From the human T2T-CHM13v2.0 reference genome, Homo sapiens: a stretch of DNA of 64,000 nt. The translations under genes and the position numbers were made by a program. Positions 1 to 12,088 of this stretch are shown in pieces. Each line of letters starts with the position of its first letter. Position 1 is the stretch's first letter. Location: the NCBI RefSeq assembly GCF_009914755.1, contig NC_060928.1. One strand, 5' to 3'. Under the pieces are notes generated by a model. That model had not been told where the DNA came from. It saw only the letters and a list, made by a program, of their open reading frames with translations, and did not search any database.

Positions 1-1701
1 CAGACAGTGGTGACCGTCAGGAGCTGGGCAGAGAAGCAGACCAGGACCTGGAGCCAGACGAGGAGGCCTTCAGAGATGAGCCGGAAAAGCCCAGGAAGCA
101 GTCGTGGATTGCACAAATGAGGCTGGACTGGAAGATGCTGGAGCCCAAGTGAAGCTCTGGCTCTCGTCTGTTAGAATGTGGCCTCCGCTCCTGCTATGGG
201 GTCATGCAGTGGAGGTCTGGGATGGATCAGGAAAAGCTGCTTCACACACATCTGCTCGGCCATTGCCCTCGTGCCACAGACAGAGCTAACGAGCCAGATG
301 CCACAGCTCCTGATACCGACCATTCACCGACTCCGCGGCCAGAAGCACCTACTATGTGCCTACTACGCACCAGGCACCGTGCCCACACAGGCCCAGCCAG
401 CGCCCTGCCCTGTCCTCTCAGCCGACACTTCCCCGGGCGCATCTGCCAGAAAGGATTAAGAAGTTGCCTTAGGAAGGCCTGGCTTTGTTTGGGAAATTTC
501 CCCCAGCTGAGAAGGAGAGGCCAGACAAGGAAAGAATGACCAATTATACGCTGTGTTGTCTTCAGATGAAAGGGCCTTTTTGTGGCCCTCCTCCATCTCC
601 TGTTTGGGCTGTCAACAGCAATTTGACGAGGAATGTTGCTCGGCCTGACCTGTTTTTTCAAGATGGTAACCTATATTGTGTATCATCTCAGCCCTGGAGA
701 TCACCAGCCGGCACCCTCCTCAGCACAGTCCCCCCAGTTGAACTTCACCTTTAAAACCAGGAAAATTGATTGGAAAAAAATTCAGGGAAATCTCCCACTA
801 ATGATATTTTGAGTTCAGGAACAAGGGGGGGAATTAAAGTGGCTTTAATCTGATTCTCAACATGGATTTCAGTGGTGAATGGTCAATTGTTACTAAATTC
901 TAATTGGTTCTGGGTCACTCCCTTTGAAATAGTGGCTGTGTTCTGTTCATTTTTTCAATTAAATCTTAACAATTCACATCTGACAAAACTCAAAAATCTT
1001 GTCAAAAATTGTTCAGATTTGTATAGTAAGAATGTGCAAGAAGCAACATGGAGCTTGGACTGGGGGAAACTTTCATACGGAGGAACAGTTTAAGAGCTAA
1101 TTATGAGAATGCCGATTTTATTGTTTACTGACTCACTTCCTTAGACTACAGAGAACAAACCTTTTTCATCAACTTGCAAAAACTATTTTAGAGGAAATCG
1201 AAAGGACCACAAATGCCTTTGCCTAAGCAATGATTGTTCTCTGGATTGAGAAATTCAAACCCTTTTCACGTCTCATCTCTCATTGTGAGAAAGTTTTATT
1301 TTATTCTTCAAGTAAAACAGGAGACAGCTTGATGGAGAAAAAACAAGGGCTTTGCAGCTAGCCAACTCGAGTTCAAGGCTGGCCCCTGCCGCCGAAAAGC
1401 TGGGCAGTAACTTCCCTGCCGAGACACTGTCAGAGCCTCAGTTTTCTCACCTGTGAAATGGGGGTGATGTTTTCTAGATTTCTGGTCATGAATCAATGCT
1501 GTTTGATACCTGAGGCACTCCATAAACAGAAGGTGGCACTCAGATTATAGAATTGCTACGGCTTGGTCCCAGGCTTTGTTTTATCTCTGAAGACACTCCA
1601 GAGCAGAGAGGGCCATGACTGTCCCAGCATCACACAGCCAATCAGTTCTGGAGCCAGAAAGAGAAGCCAATCCTTTTTCTCAAAGCTGCTTCCGGAAGGT
1701 T

Positions 1702-1758
1702 TCTGGGTGACATTTCAGAATCTGGGTGACATTTCAGAATCTGGGTGACATTTCAGAA
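1702..1758. repeat. Perfect 19-bp tandem triplication (TCTGGGTGACATTTCAGAA)x3
   Basis: Three identical adjacent copies at 1702, 1721 and 1740. Confidence 0.95.
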
Positions 1759-1787
1759 TGTGTGCATGGCTGTCTAGAGCTCACGCC

Positions 1788-1945
1788 TGGCTTCTCAGAG
1801 TGTGGTCGCTGGGCCAGCTGCCTGATATCACCTGGGAGCTTGTTAGAATGCAGTTTCAGGCCCTAGCACAGGTTCCGAATCGGCGTTATCACGGGCCCAG
1901 CAGGATCCCGGGCACTGGAGGGTTGGAGGCATGCTGACTTGTGGC
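1788..1945. mobile_element. MER5A-like DNA transposon relic
   Basis: TTCTCAGAGTGTGGTC...ATCACCTGGGAGCTTGTTAGAATGCAG. Confidence 0.65.
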
Positions 1946-2398
1946 ATTTCATCAGGCTCTGAGGACCTGAACACTAGAGCCGCTGCCATGTCCACGATGG
2001 CCCTGTATGCCCTCCAATCTCACAGCCAGGCCTGCTCCTCATGCGGGACGGGGAAGGCCGGGGGGATGCCGGCGAGGACTAGCGAGGAAGACCCCAGCCC
2101 GTGCAGCAGCCTGAGGGACACGCAGCCATAGAGGACGTCCTCCATGACATCGTCTACCCGTGGTCGTCGGTGGCAGCCTGCCCTGCTTAGCACCTCTATG
2201 CGTTACTGCCCTGACCCCTATAAAGCAGCACCCCCATCACCCACGTTGTCCGGCCCTGCCCTGCGGTTCCTAATTTCCCCTCCACATTGTCCACGTCTCT
2301 TTGTCTGAGGGGGTGCTAAGGAAATGGACACCCCCTCCCAGCAGCCCTCAGCCAGCACCCTGCCCCACTGCGGGATCACTCAGGAGGAGTGCCTGGAG

Positions 2399-2960
2399 AG
2401 ATTGGCACAGCTGCTCTGGAAGGCAGTTTGGCAACTTCCTGCAAAACTAAATGTAATTAAAATCTAATCCAGCGATTGCGCTCTTTGATATTTACTCAAA
2501 TGAATTAAAAACTTACAGCCACCCAAAAACCTGCACATGACATTTATAGCAGCTTTATTCATGGTCACCAGAAACCGGAAGCCACCAAGGTGTCCTTCAG
2601 TAGGCAAATGGATACATAAATTGTGGTACAGACCATGGAATATGGTTCAGCACTCAAAAGGAATGAGCTATTCTGCCATGAAAAGCCATGAAGAGTCCCT
2701 AAGTTCATGTCACAAAGTGAAAGAAGCCCATCTGAAAAGGCTACACAGTGATATGGTGATACTGGAATATGGGGATATGGGGGTGTGGGAAGATGGGACT
2801 ATGTGGATATGGGGATATGGGGATTTTGGAATATGGGGATATGGGGATTTTGGAATATGGGGATATGGGAATATGGGAACTCTTTGTGCTTTTTGCTCAA
2901 TATTTCTGTGAGCCTAAAACTGCTCTAAAAGTAAAGTTCATTAATTAAATTTAAAACAAT
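2399..2960 (+). mobile_element. L1M (L1MB/MC-like) 3' fragment
   Basis: ATTTATAGCAGCTTTATTCAT...AAATGGATACATAAATTGTGGTAC...AAAACTGCTCTAAAA are typical of old L1 3' ends. Confidence 0.8.
2750..2880. repeat. (GGGGATAT)-like short tandem repeat inside an L1 3' end
   Basis: Repeated ATATGGGG / GGATTTTGGAATATGGGG units. Confidence 0.85.
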
Positions 2961-3775
2961 AACAACAATCCTGTGCCTCAGCTGCCCAGAGCTGCTGCAT
3001 GAGGCAGTGGAACTCAGATGGGCGCAATTGGGCACCTTGGGAAGGTCAGCCCTGCCAGGGTTGCATGGGAACTTCCTCTGTGCCCAGGAAGACAGAGAGA
3101 GGAGTCGAGCCTGCCCGGGGCGGGGTGGAGGGTATGAAACATGAGGCCTGCAGCCCAGAGCAGGAGATGGGGTCAGAGAGTGACGAGGGTGGGGACAAAG
3201 AAGGTGATGTTATGAGGCCCCAGGGGCAGAGCAGGATGATTCCTGGAGGAGGGGGCCAACAGCTGAAACTTAAGAGTGAGTGAAGAGTGAAGAGAGCCTC
3301 TTCCCTCAAGCCAGTCCCAAGGGCTCACCTACTGTCACCCAAGGTCCAGCACATCTGTGCCTCCTCCCCACACCCGGCTTGGCTCGGGACAGGCCCTTCC
3401 ACCCTGGCTCTTGCCCCATCCCCTTTGCAGCCCCTCTTCACAGCCCCCACAAGGGACTGTTCTACAATGCAAAAGGGGCCCAAAGCACCCTGCTCAGAGC
3501 CCTTCAGTGACTCCCCCTTGCCCTCAGGAGAAAGTCCCGTGCCTGGCCCAGCTTCCAGGTCCCTAGAGACCAGCCCCACCCCCTTGTCTTCCACCTGGCC
3601 CAGTCAGGTATGTGAGGAAGGGTGAAGAGACAGGAACCATTCTGGGTGGCTGGGACTGCACTATCCAATTCCACCAGCGGGGCTGAGCCGCCCCAGGTGG
3701 CAGCTCTTGCAAGGAGCTTTCAGGAACATGGACCCCTCTTATCCCAGCAGGGAGGCAAGGTAGGCAAGTGGCCCC

Positions 3776-3830
3776 CCATCTACAGAGGGGGACCAAGATG
3801 CCAGGAGAGGGTGTCCCCCTCTGTAGATGG
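3776..3830. repeat. Perfect 18-bp inverted repeat with 19-nt spacer
   Basis: CCATCTACAGAGGGGGAC (3776-3793) and GTCCCCCTCTGTAGATGG (3813-3830). Confidence 0.95.
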
Positions 3831-4662
3831 TGCTTGACCCAGTGCTTCCTGGAGAGAGGGGGCTGAAATCCCCAGACAGCCCACGTGTGAGAGGTGGGGG
3901 TCTCGGCAGAGGGAGAGGCCTCCCCGCCAGGGCCTGGATGAGGGACCTCAGGACGCTTGTGACCACAGTATTTGCCCACCTGGGTTGGCTTTTCTCAGTC
4001 CTGGGGAAAGGGCAGAGGCAAGGGAGGGGCGGTGCATAGCTGCGGAGGTCTGGGCTGCGCCCAGGAGAGGAAGCATCCCTGGAGCACTTGGCCTTGACCC
4101 CAGGAGGTGAAGGCCATACTCTGCTGTGGCCACAGCACTCAGCTAATCCATTATTGAGCACCTCGGCTGGTCACCAGGCAATTAGCGCCCAGGCCTCCGT
4201 CCTGACGCCTAATTGCACTAATTGATAGTGCTGGCCGTGGTCCCCCAACCCTTGCCCTTGTCCAGAATGGCTTCACGCCTGGGAGCCCAGCCTCTAGCCT
4301 CCCTCTCTCAGGGCTTGCTGAAGCATCTTTTCCTGGAGGCCACAGTCTGGGGACCGCTTGGCCAGCCCTCCACTTTGGCCAGGATTTTACTCCAGTACCC
4401 ACCTCCCCTCACCTTCCCTCAGTCCCTAATACCAGGTCCTCCATTCACATATCTGTAAGATGGATGGGCAGGACTTGGTTAAGAGCAAAGGTCAGGTTCA
4501 ACAGGTGCTATGGGGTTGGGGGGTAAGTGACTGTTCCTTTTTGAGCCTCAGACCCAGTTTGTAGGGCAGCTGGGATGACTAAATTAGGTGACAGATGTAA
4601 AGCACAGAGCTCTGGGCCGGGCCCCAAGTGAGGGGCTCAGTACACCTTCTCAGTGCCACCAC

Positions 4663-5745
4663 AGTGATGATTGTGATGGTGGTGATGGTGATGATGGAGG
4701 TGGTGATGATGATGGAAATGATGATGATGATGATGAAGATGGTGATGACAGTGGTGACGGTGATGACAGTGATGATGGTGATGGTGATGGTAGTGTTGAT
4801 GATAATGGTGATGGTGGTGATGATGATGGCGATGGTGGTGATGATGATGATGTTAGTGGTGGTGATGCTGATTATGCTGATGGTGATTATGGTGATGATA
4901 GTGATACTGTGGTGGTGATGGTGATGGTGATGTGGTGGTGCTGATGGTGGTGATGGTGGTAGTGATGTTGATGGTGGTGATGGTAGTGATGTTGATGGTG
5001 GTGATGGTGGTAGTGATGTTGATGGTGGTGACAGTGGTGATGGTAATGACAGTGGTGATGGTGATATGTTAATGATGATGATGATGGTGATGGTGGTGGT
5101 GGTGATGATGGTGATGTGCTGGTGATGGTGATTATGGTGATTATGGTGGTGATGATGGTGATGGTGATGGTGATGGTGATAATGGTGGTGGTGATGGTGA
5201 TGTGCTGGTGATGGCGATTATGGTGGTGTTGATGGTGATGATGGTTGTGATGATGGTGATGGTGACTATGATGGTGGTGATGGCGATTATGGTGGTGTTG
5301 ATGGTGATGGTCGTGATGATGGTGATGGTGACTATGATGGTGATGATAGTGATGGTGATAATGGTGATGATGGTGATTATGGTGGTGATGATGGTGATGA
5401 TGGTGATGATTATGGTGGTGATGGTGATTATGGTAGTGATGATGGTGATGGTGATTATGGTGGTAATGATGGTGATGGTGATTATGGTGGTGGTGATGGT
5501 GATGATGGTGGTGATGGTGATTATGGTGGTGATGATGGTGATGGTGATTATGGTGGTGGTGATGGTGATTATGGTGGTGATGATGGTGATGGTGATGATG
5601 GTGGTGATGGTGATGGTGATTATGGTGGTGATGATGGTGATGGTGATTATGATGGTGATGATGGTGGTGGTGGTAATAGTGGTGGTAATGATGGTGCTGG
5701 TGATGATGACGGTGATGATGATGTGGTAGAGATGATGGTGGTGGG
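4663..5745. repeat. About 1.1-kb degenerate (GAT/GGT)n trinucleotide array
   Basis: Continuous GAT/GGT/TAT/GAC triplets with higher-order units. Confidence 0.97.
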
Positions 5746-5994
5746 GCAAATGGCCTCTTTAATGAGGGAATGAGAGCCATACACGAGCAGCCAGGATGTA
5801 GTGAGGCCCAGCAACATTGTTGTTTGCTGAGAGCCTGGGAGCCCATCCTCTGATGCCCCACTCCTGGAAGAGAACTATCCCTCCCTTGAAGATCTCTGAT
5901 GCTTGCAAGAGGCAATAATGCTTCTTGGTACAACTACAAGCCCACCTTCCTGTCTCCTCTGAATGGTGAAGGCTTCAATGCAGAGCCCCGATGG

Positions 5995-6220
5995 CATGGT
6001 GGTGAAGAGCCAGAGCTCGGAACCAGATGCCAGGTCCAGGCCCTGCCTCTGTCTATATTAGGTTCACTGTCTGGAGCCTCTTACTTGATCTCTCCATTCC
6101 TCTGTTTCCTCAACTATGGCCTGGGGACAATGGGAGTCCTGACTTCATAGGTTGATGTGCAGCTTAAATGGGCCAATATATACACTACTCTGGCATGGGA
6201 CAGTCACCATTGTTATTAAT
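5995..6220 (-). mobile_element. MIR fragment (representative; others near 1380-1530, 11405-11500, 23340-23410, 43400-43450, 59560-59670, 61990-62060)
   Basis: MIR core motifs such as CCTCAGTTTCCTCATCTGTAAAATGGG / GAGGAAACTGAGGC in degenerate form. Confidence 0.6.
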
Positions 6221-6977
6221 TGCCTGAAAATTAACGTAAATTAGTGTAAAGCTTTTTACTTCCAAGCACTCCATCCAAAAAGTAAAAAGATGACACAAAG
6301 AATGGGAGAAAATATTTGCAACACATATATATCATTCAGAACCTGTATCCAGAATATATAAAGAACTCTGACAACCCAACAATAAAAGGACAAATAAGTC
6401 AATTTAAAAATAGCCCAAGGATTCACATAGTCATGTCTCTAAAAAGGATATAAAAATGGCAGATAAATAGATGGAAAGATACTCAGTATCATTAGTCATT
6501 AGGGAAATGCAAATCAAACCACAATTAGATACCACTTCACACCCAGCATCACAGCTGGAATAAAAAAAAAGGCAGATAATAGCAAATGCTGGTGAAGATG
6601 TGGAGAAATGGGAACCCTCACACACTGCTGAAAGTAGAATGGTGCAGCCACTTTGGAAAATCGTCAGGCAGCTCCTCAAAAACAGAGTGTTATGACATAA
6701 GTCAGCAATTCCGCTCCTAGGTATGTGCCCAAGGGCACTGAGAACATCACCATCTTAAAAAGATGTGCATGCGTGTACATGGCAGCACCATTCATAATAG
6801 CCAAAAAAGTGGAAATAACCCAAATGTCCATCCACTGATGAATGGACAAAGAGGTCTATCCATACAGCAAAATATTATTTGGCCATAAAAAAGAATGAAA
6901 TCCTGTTACATACCTTGAAAACATTACACAAAGTGATAGAAGCCAGACACGAAAGGCCACAAACGTGATTCCATTTA

Positions 6978-7773
<796 letters not shown>

Positions 7774-8998
7774 GATGCTCTAAAATTAGATCCTAAAATT
7801 TAAAATTGGGGTGGTGGTTACACCCCAATCCTATGAATATGCTTAAAAAAACACTGAATTGTACAATTAAAAGGCTGAATTCTACAGTATGTGAATTATA
7901 TCTCAATAAAACTGTTATTAAAAAAGAAGCCCCCAGTAAATGTTGGTGGATCAATGGAAGAATTTTTTCCCAACTGGGACATGTGGAGGATGGAGGTGAG
8001 TCTGCGCTGCTGAGGAGTCCCTGCCGTGTTGTGCCTGGGCTGGCTGTGCAGGGTGCTCCCGGCTGCCCCACGCCCTGGGCTGGATGTTCATCCTTATGAT
8101 GCCAAGGACAGATGGGCACAGCAGGTGGGGAGATGGCTGGAGAGAAAGGGCCTTCTGAGGCCAAGACCCCAACCCCACAGCGTTCCCCTGGACGAATCCA
8201 AAAGTAACGACCCCTAGGCAGCAGCAAATGCTGCTTAGCTCCTCTTAGCAAAGAAGAGTCCAGAAGGTTCTAGCTATGATTTATCGTTATTATTCTCCTT
8301 GCCTCACCCCTCCCATCTGCCTGCTGAAGCTTCCACACGTCAGATATTGAACAGCCTGCCTCTCGCAGTGTGCGCTGCCCCCGCCGTGCTGCTGAGGAGC
8401 TTCCCACAGCTTCTGTGCCTTCTCTGGTCAGAGGCTCCCTGAGATCCCTCCCTCAATGCTGACCAGAATGAAAGCTATTCTATGTCCTGTCTGCTTCCCC
8501 CAAAGTGAGCTCCTTGAGGCACACAGAGCGTCCTATGCTCTCTGAACCTGCAAAGCCCAACTCAGGGCCTGGTACTCACTCTACACCCAGTTTGGGGATG
8601 GATGAATAACTGGGTCACCCTGGACTGTTGTATGGGTTGTGCACTGCTCAAAAGTGCCTGGCCAAGGGAGCGGGTCAAGGCTGAAATTCAGCTCACTCTC
8701 TGCTCACTGCTCATCAAGCTGAACAGCCCAAAACTGCATCGAGCTGGAGGGCAAGTCTTTTCCTAATTTCCACAAAGATGGTAGAGAGGCTGGCTGCCAC
8801 CCAGGAGGGAGAGAAGGGAAGGAGAGAGAGGGGAAAAGGGAAGGGAATGTGATCTATTTTAAGTGCTCAAAATTTGTGTCCACAAACATTTAACAGTGTG
8901 CCCCCAGGGTTAAACAAGGGAATGAATGTGCATTCATCATAATAGGCTAAGTTACACGACAGTGACAAACAAAATCCAGGTGGGTGCACACACTAAGG

Positions 8999-9004
8999 TT
9001 TATT
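8999..9004 (-). terminator. AATAAA polyA signal within an MLT1 LTR, serving the putative alternative terminal exon
   Basis: Plus-strand GGTTTATTTCTTGCTCAC is the typical MLT1 LTR polyA region in reverse; 46 nt after the alternative stop. Confidence 0.6.
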
Positions 9005-9050
9005 TCTTGCTCACACTGAGTGCCCCCTGTGGGAACACTGCTCCACGCGG

Positions 9051-9229
9051 TCACTCGGGGGTCCAGGCTGACAAAGGCTCCACCGTGTTGTGGCTGCACC
9101 ATCCAGTCCCTGCGGCCTCCTCCGCCATCCAGAGGCTCCCACTGTCACTTCTGTTCACTTTGTATTTATCAGCTCTGGTCACCTGCCCCTCTCCACACTG
9201 CACAGGCTGAGGTGTAATCTTCTGTGTGC
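9051..9229 (-). CDS. HMX1: Putative alternative terminal coding exon of HMX1 (homeodomain-less 190-aa isoform)
   Basis: Acceptor CCTGGTTTTTCTCCCCTGCAG|GC. Joined to the phase-1 exon-1 donor it reads S-TQKITPQPVQCGEGQ...PLSAWTPE-stop (394+179=573 nt). AATAAA lies at 9004-8999 just downstream. Splicing itself is inferred. Confidence 0.65.
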
Positions 9230-10060
9230 CTGCAGGGGAGAAAAACCAGGTATTGGGAGCACTAGTCATGTCTGCACAAGGTGTCAGCTAATCCTGGATG
9301 CTCCACTGCCAGCCACATGGCTCAAAACCCAAACCTGGCTCACAGAGTGGTCTCCAAACTACAGGGACCTAGGACTCCCCGGGAACTTGTCAACATGGGG
9401 GTTCCCACTCCCAGAAACTGGTGAAGTAGGACCAAGCTGGGAACCCAGGTGTAACAGGCTCCCCTGGGATTCCAATGCAGTGGCCCTGGGGCGAGTGGCA
9501 CTGACCATAGGGTGAAGTGCCACCTGCAACCCCATGAGTCCTGAGCAGGCCTCCTGCCTCTTCCACCTCTCACACTCCCCTGCAAACACCCCACACCCCA
9601 AACCTCTCACCCCTTACCCCACCAGGCATTGAACCATACACGGAGCTCCTACTGGGCTTGTGAACGCCCCTTTCATGTACCCAGAACCCCTTACCCTGGT
9701 CTCTAGGCTCATCCTTCATGCTCAGTTCCAATGTCTCCTCCTACAGGCAGTCTTCCTGGATCCTCTGAAAATAATTGGCCCTTCCCCTGATCTCCAGCAT
9801 GTTGTTGTTTTAGTGCTTCTTTTTAGCCCACATTTTAATCAGTGGCCACTGTCAGGCACCCCCTGAGGGCAGGGTGCCAGCTAGGGGTTCCCTGTGTGCA
9901 AAAGTGACATGGGACACGGAAATGACTATGACTCAGCTCCTGTCTCAAAGTGCCAGGCCCAGGGCTGCTGACACAGTGGCAAAGTGGGAATTCCCTGACC
10001 ATTTGCATTGCCACATCAAGGGCTCTAAGAAAGTCTACAAATAAAAGTACAAAGCCATTG

Positions 10061-10200
10061 AGCCGGGCGTGGTGAGGGATGCCTGTAATCCCAGCTACTT
10101 GGGAGGCTGAGTGGGGAGGGTTGAGCCCAGGAGCTCCAGTCCAGCCTGAGTAACGTAGCAAGACTCTGTCTTTAAAAATTAAAAAAAATAATAATTTAAT
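10061..10200 (+). mobile_element. Alu monomer (FLAM-like)
   Basis: Single arm with A-rich tail; degenerate TSD AAAGCCATTGAG / AAAGCCACTAAG. Confidence 0.8.
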
Positions 10201-10899
10201 TTAATTTAAAAAGCCACTAAGTGATCTGATGTCTCCTGAGAATATCTTTGACTTAAGAATTCCTGGTTCACACCAGGAGGAGCAAGATGTTTCTGGGAAC
10301 GTGGTTTGAGAAATGCTGTTCACGGTGAAGCCACATCTGCAAAGAGCTATTTCTGTAACGGGATGCCGCCAACAGACGGAAGCCACTGAGCCCTGCTCTT
10401 CGGAAGATGCTGGGCCGGGCACAACTCCTGTCCCGAGAGCAGGCGGACCTGAAGGAACATCGGCCAGACACTGGACACGTGCAAACCACCCCCTTCTGTC
10501 CCCACAGAGATGCTTCTGCTCAGGGCCAAGGGCTCCCAGGTCACAGATGTGGAAACAGCCTCCCGTGGAGCTAGCAGTGCCCAGATTTGAACCTGGAGCT
10601 GTGGTCTTTCCAGTATATGAGGCCTGCCTTGACTATACTGCCTCCTTCATTATATCCTGCATACAGTTGGTACTCTGTAATTGCTTTCTGGACACAAGAA
10701 TAAAGAAACAGGATTCAGAAACAGGGGAATGGGAAGGACAAGAAGAACCTCGGGGTTGGCTGGAGTGGCTCTGGAGAGGACCTGAGCTGAGAGCCAGTGG
10801 ATTAAGTTGAACTGGAATCAACGAGCCCCCTATACTCCAGGCTTTACGGTAACTGGAACAGGCTCCGACTCCCTGGAGCGCCAGGTCCAGGGTGACATC

Positions 10900-11320
10900 T
10901 GAGCTCAGCGAACCGAATTTTGAATCTAAAACTCGACACTCGATTCAGTTATTGGACAACACTGAAGTATGTTTGGAACAACTTGGGTCTGAGAATCTGC
11001 TTTTTCAACTGTAAATCTTATGATAGCTAAATTCAGATCAAGTATTTCCAATAAAACTTCGGCATCTGAATGGAGATGTGCTGTAAGTAAAAAATGCATA
11101 CTTTTGTGCTCTCCAAAGAGAGTCCGAAACATGTAAAGCAACTCAATATTTTTATATTGATTGCATACTGAAATGGTAATTTTGAACATGTTGGATGAAA
11201 TTATCATTTATTTGCAACTGTTTGTTCTTTAATGTAGCTACTAGAAAATTTATATCACATATGTGGTTCACAGTCATAGCTTCTATTGGACAATGCCACC
11301 TTGAAGCCTATGATATTTTG
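10900..11320. mobile_element. hAT-Charlie DNA transposon relic (MER33/Charlie-like)
   Basis: AT-rich; GAGATGTGCTGTAAGT...TTTAATGTAGCTACTAGAAAATTT...TTCTATTGGACA. Confidence 0.7.
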
Positions 11321-12088
11321 ATAAAATGGAAATAAAGAGTTTGCGGAAATTTTATGATTGTTTTTTACTCATCTAGGCAGAGTACTTGGAATGCCCTAGT
11401 TCAATCCCCTTGTTTTACAAATAGGAAACCTGAGGCCAGAGAAGGCAAGTAAGTTGCCTGGGTCACACAGCATGTGGATGGAGCTGGGCCCATAACTTGG
11501 CACTTGCTCCAGGCATGCTTGGAGGTGCCGGCTGCTGTAGACCAACCTAAACCAGGCTCCCCCATCCCCCTTTTTTCAGATATGCCTTGCAAGAACACAG
11601 ATCTGCAGGCCACTAGAACCAAGCAAGATGCCAACATGCCTGACACCCAACCTGGGTCAGAAGATTACCCCAGGGCAAGTAGCAAGGAGACATCATAAGG
11701 GCTTTTCCTGGTTGGTGAAGACCACAGGCTGCTGCCCAAGGGAAGGGCCTGGAGTCCCTGACACTTGGCCATCTGTGCACCGTGCTCAAAGCCTCACCTT
11801 CCAACTACAAAGAGAAAAATGTTCCCTCTGTGAAAAGGTGGGCTGTATCCAGCAGAGGGTAACCTGTCCAGCTCACGTTACCGCAGGAGCAATTCCTCCT
11901 CTCTGAACAGAGTGCAGCATCGTGGGGGTGGAGACCCGGCTGAGGGGGGTGGGCCTCCTCCCCCTGCCCGCTGCTCCATCGTGGACGTCTTCTCTCAGAG
12001 CCTCGATTTTCCCATCTGTGAAACGGGGGTATGAAGTGTGGGATGAAGCCTTTTCATGAGGTTGTGAGACGGGTCCAACCATGGCAGC

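Larger units (their letters stand above)
8930..9275 (-). mobile_element. MaLR LTR (MLT1K-like), reverse orientation
   Basis: ATAGGCTAAGTTA...GTGACAAACAAAATCC...GGTTTATTTCTTGCTCAC...GTCACTCGGGGGTCCAGGCTGACAAAGGCTCCACC resembles the reverse complement of old MLT1 LTRs. Confidence 0.7.

Noticed and set aside
1525-1540. Weaker CTCF-like motifs (also about 23116-23130, 36998-37014 and 61518-61535)
   Set aside because: Two or more core mismatches in GC-rich DNA; not distinguishable from chance without scoring.
4887-5933. 348-aa His-rich ORF and overlapping Ile/Thr, Met/Val and Asp/Gly ORFs
   Set aside because: By-products of the GAT/GGT repeat; the start is TTG rather than ATG; equal length to HMX1 is coincidence.
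6431-6679. ORFs within L1 and Alu fragments
   Set aside because: Antisense or frameshifted remnants of dead retroelements.
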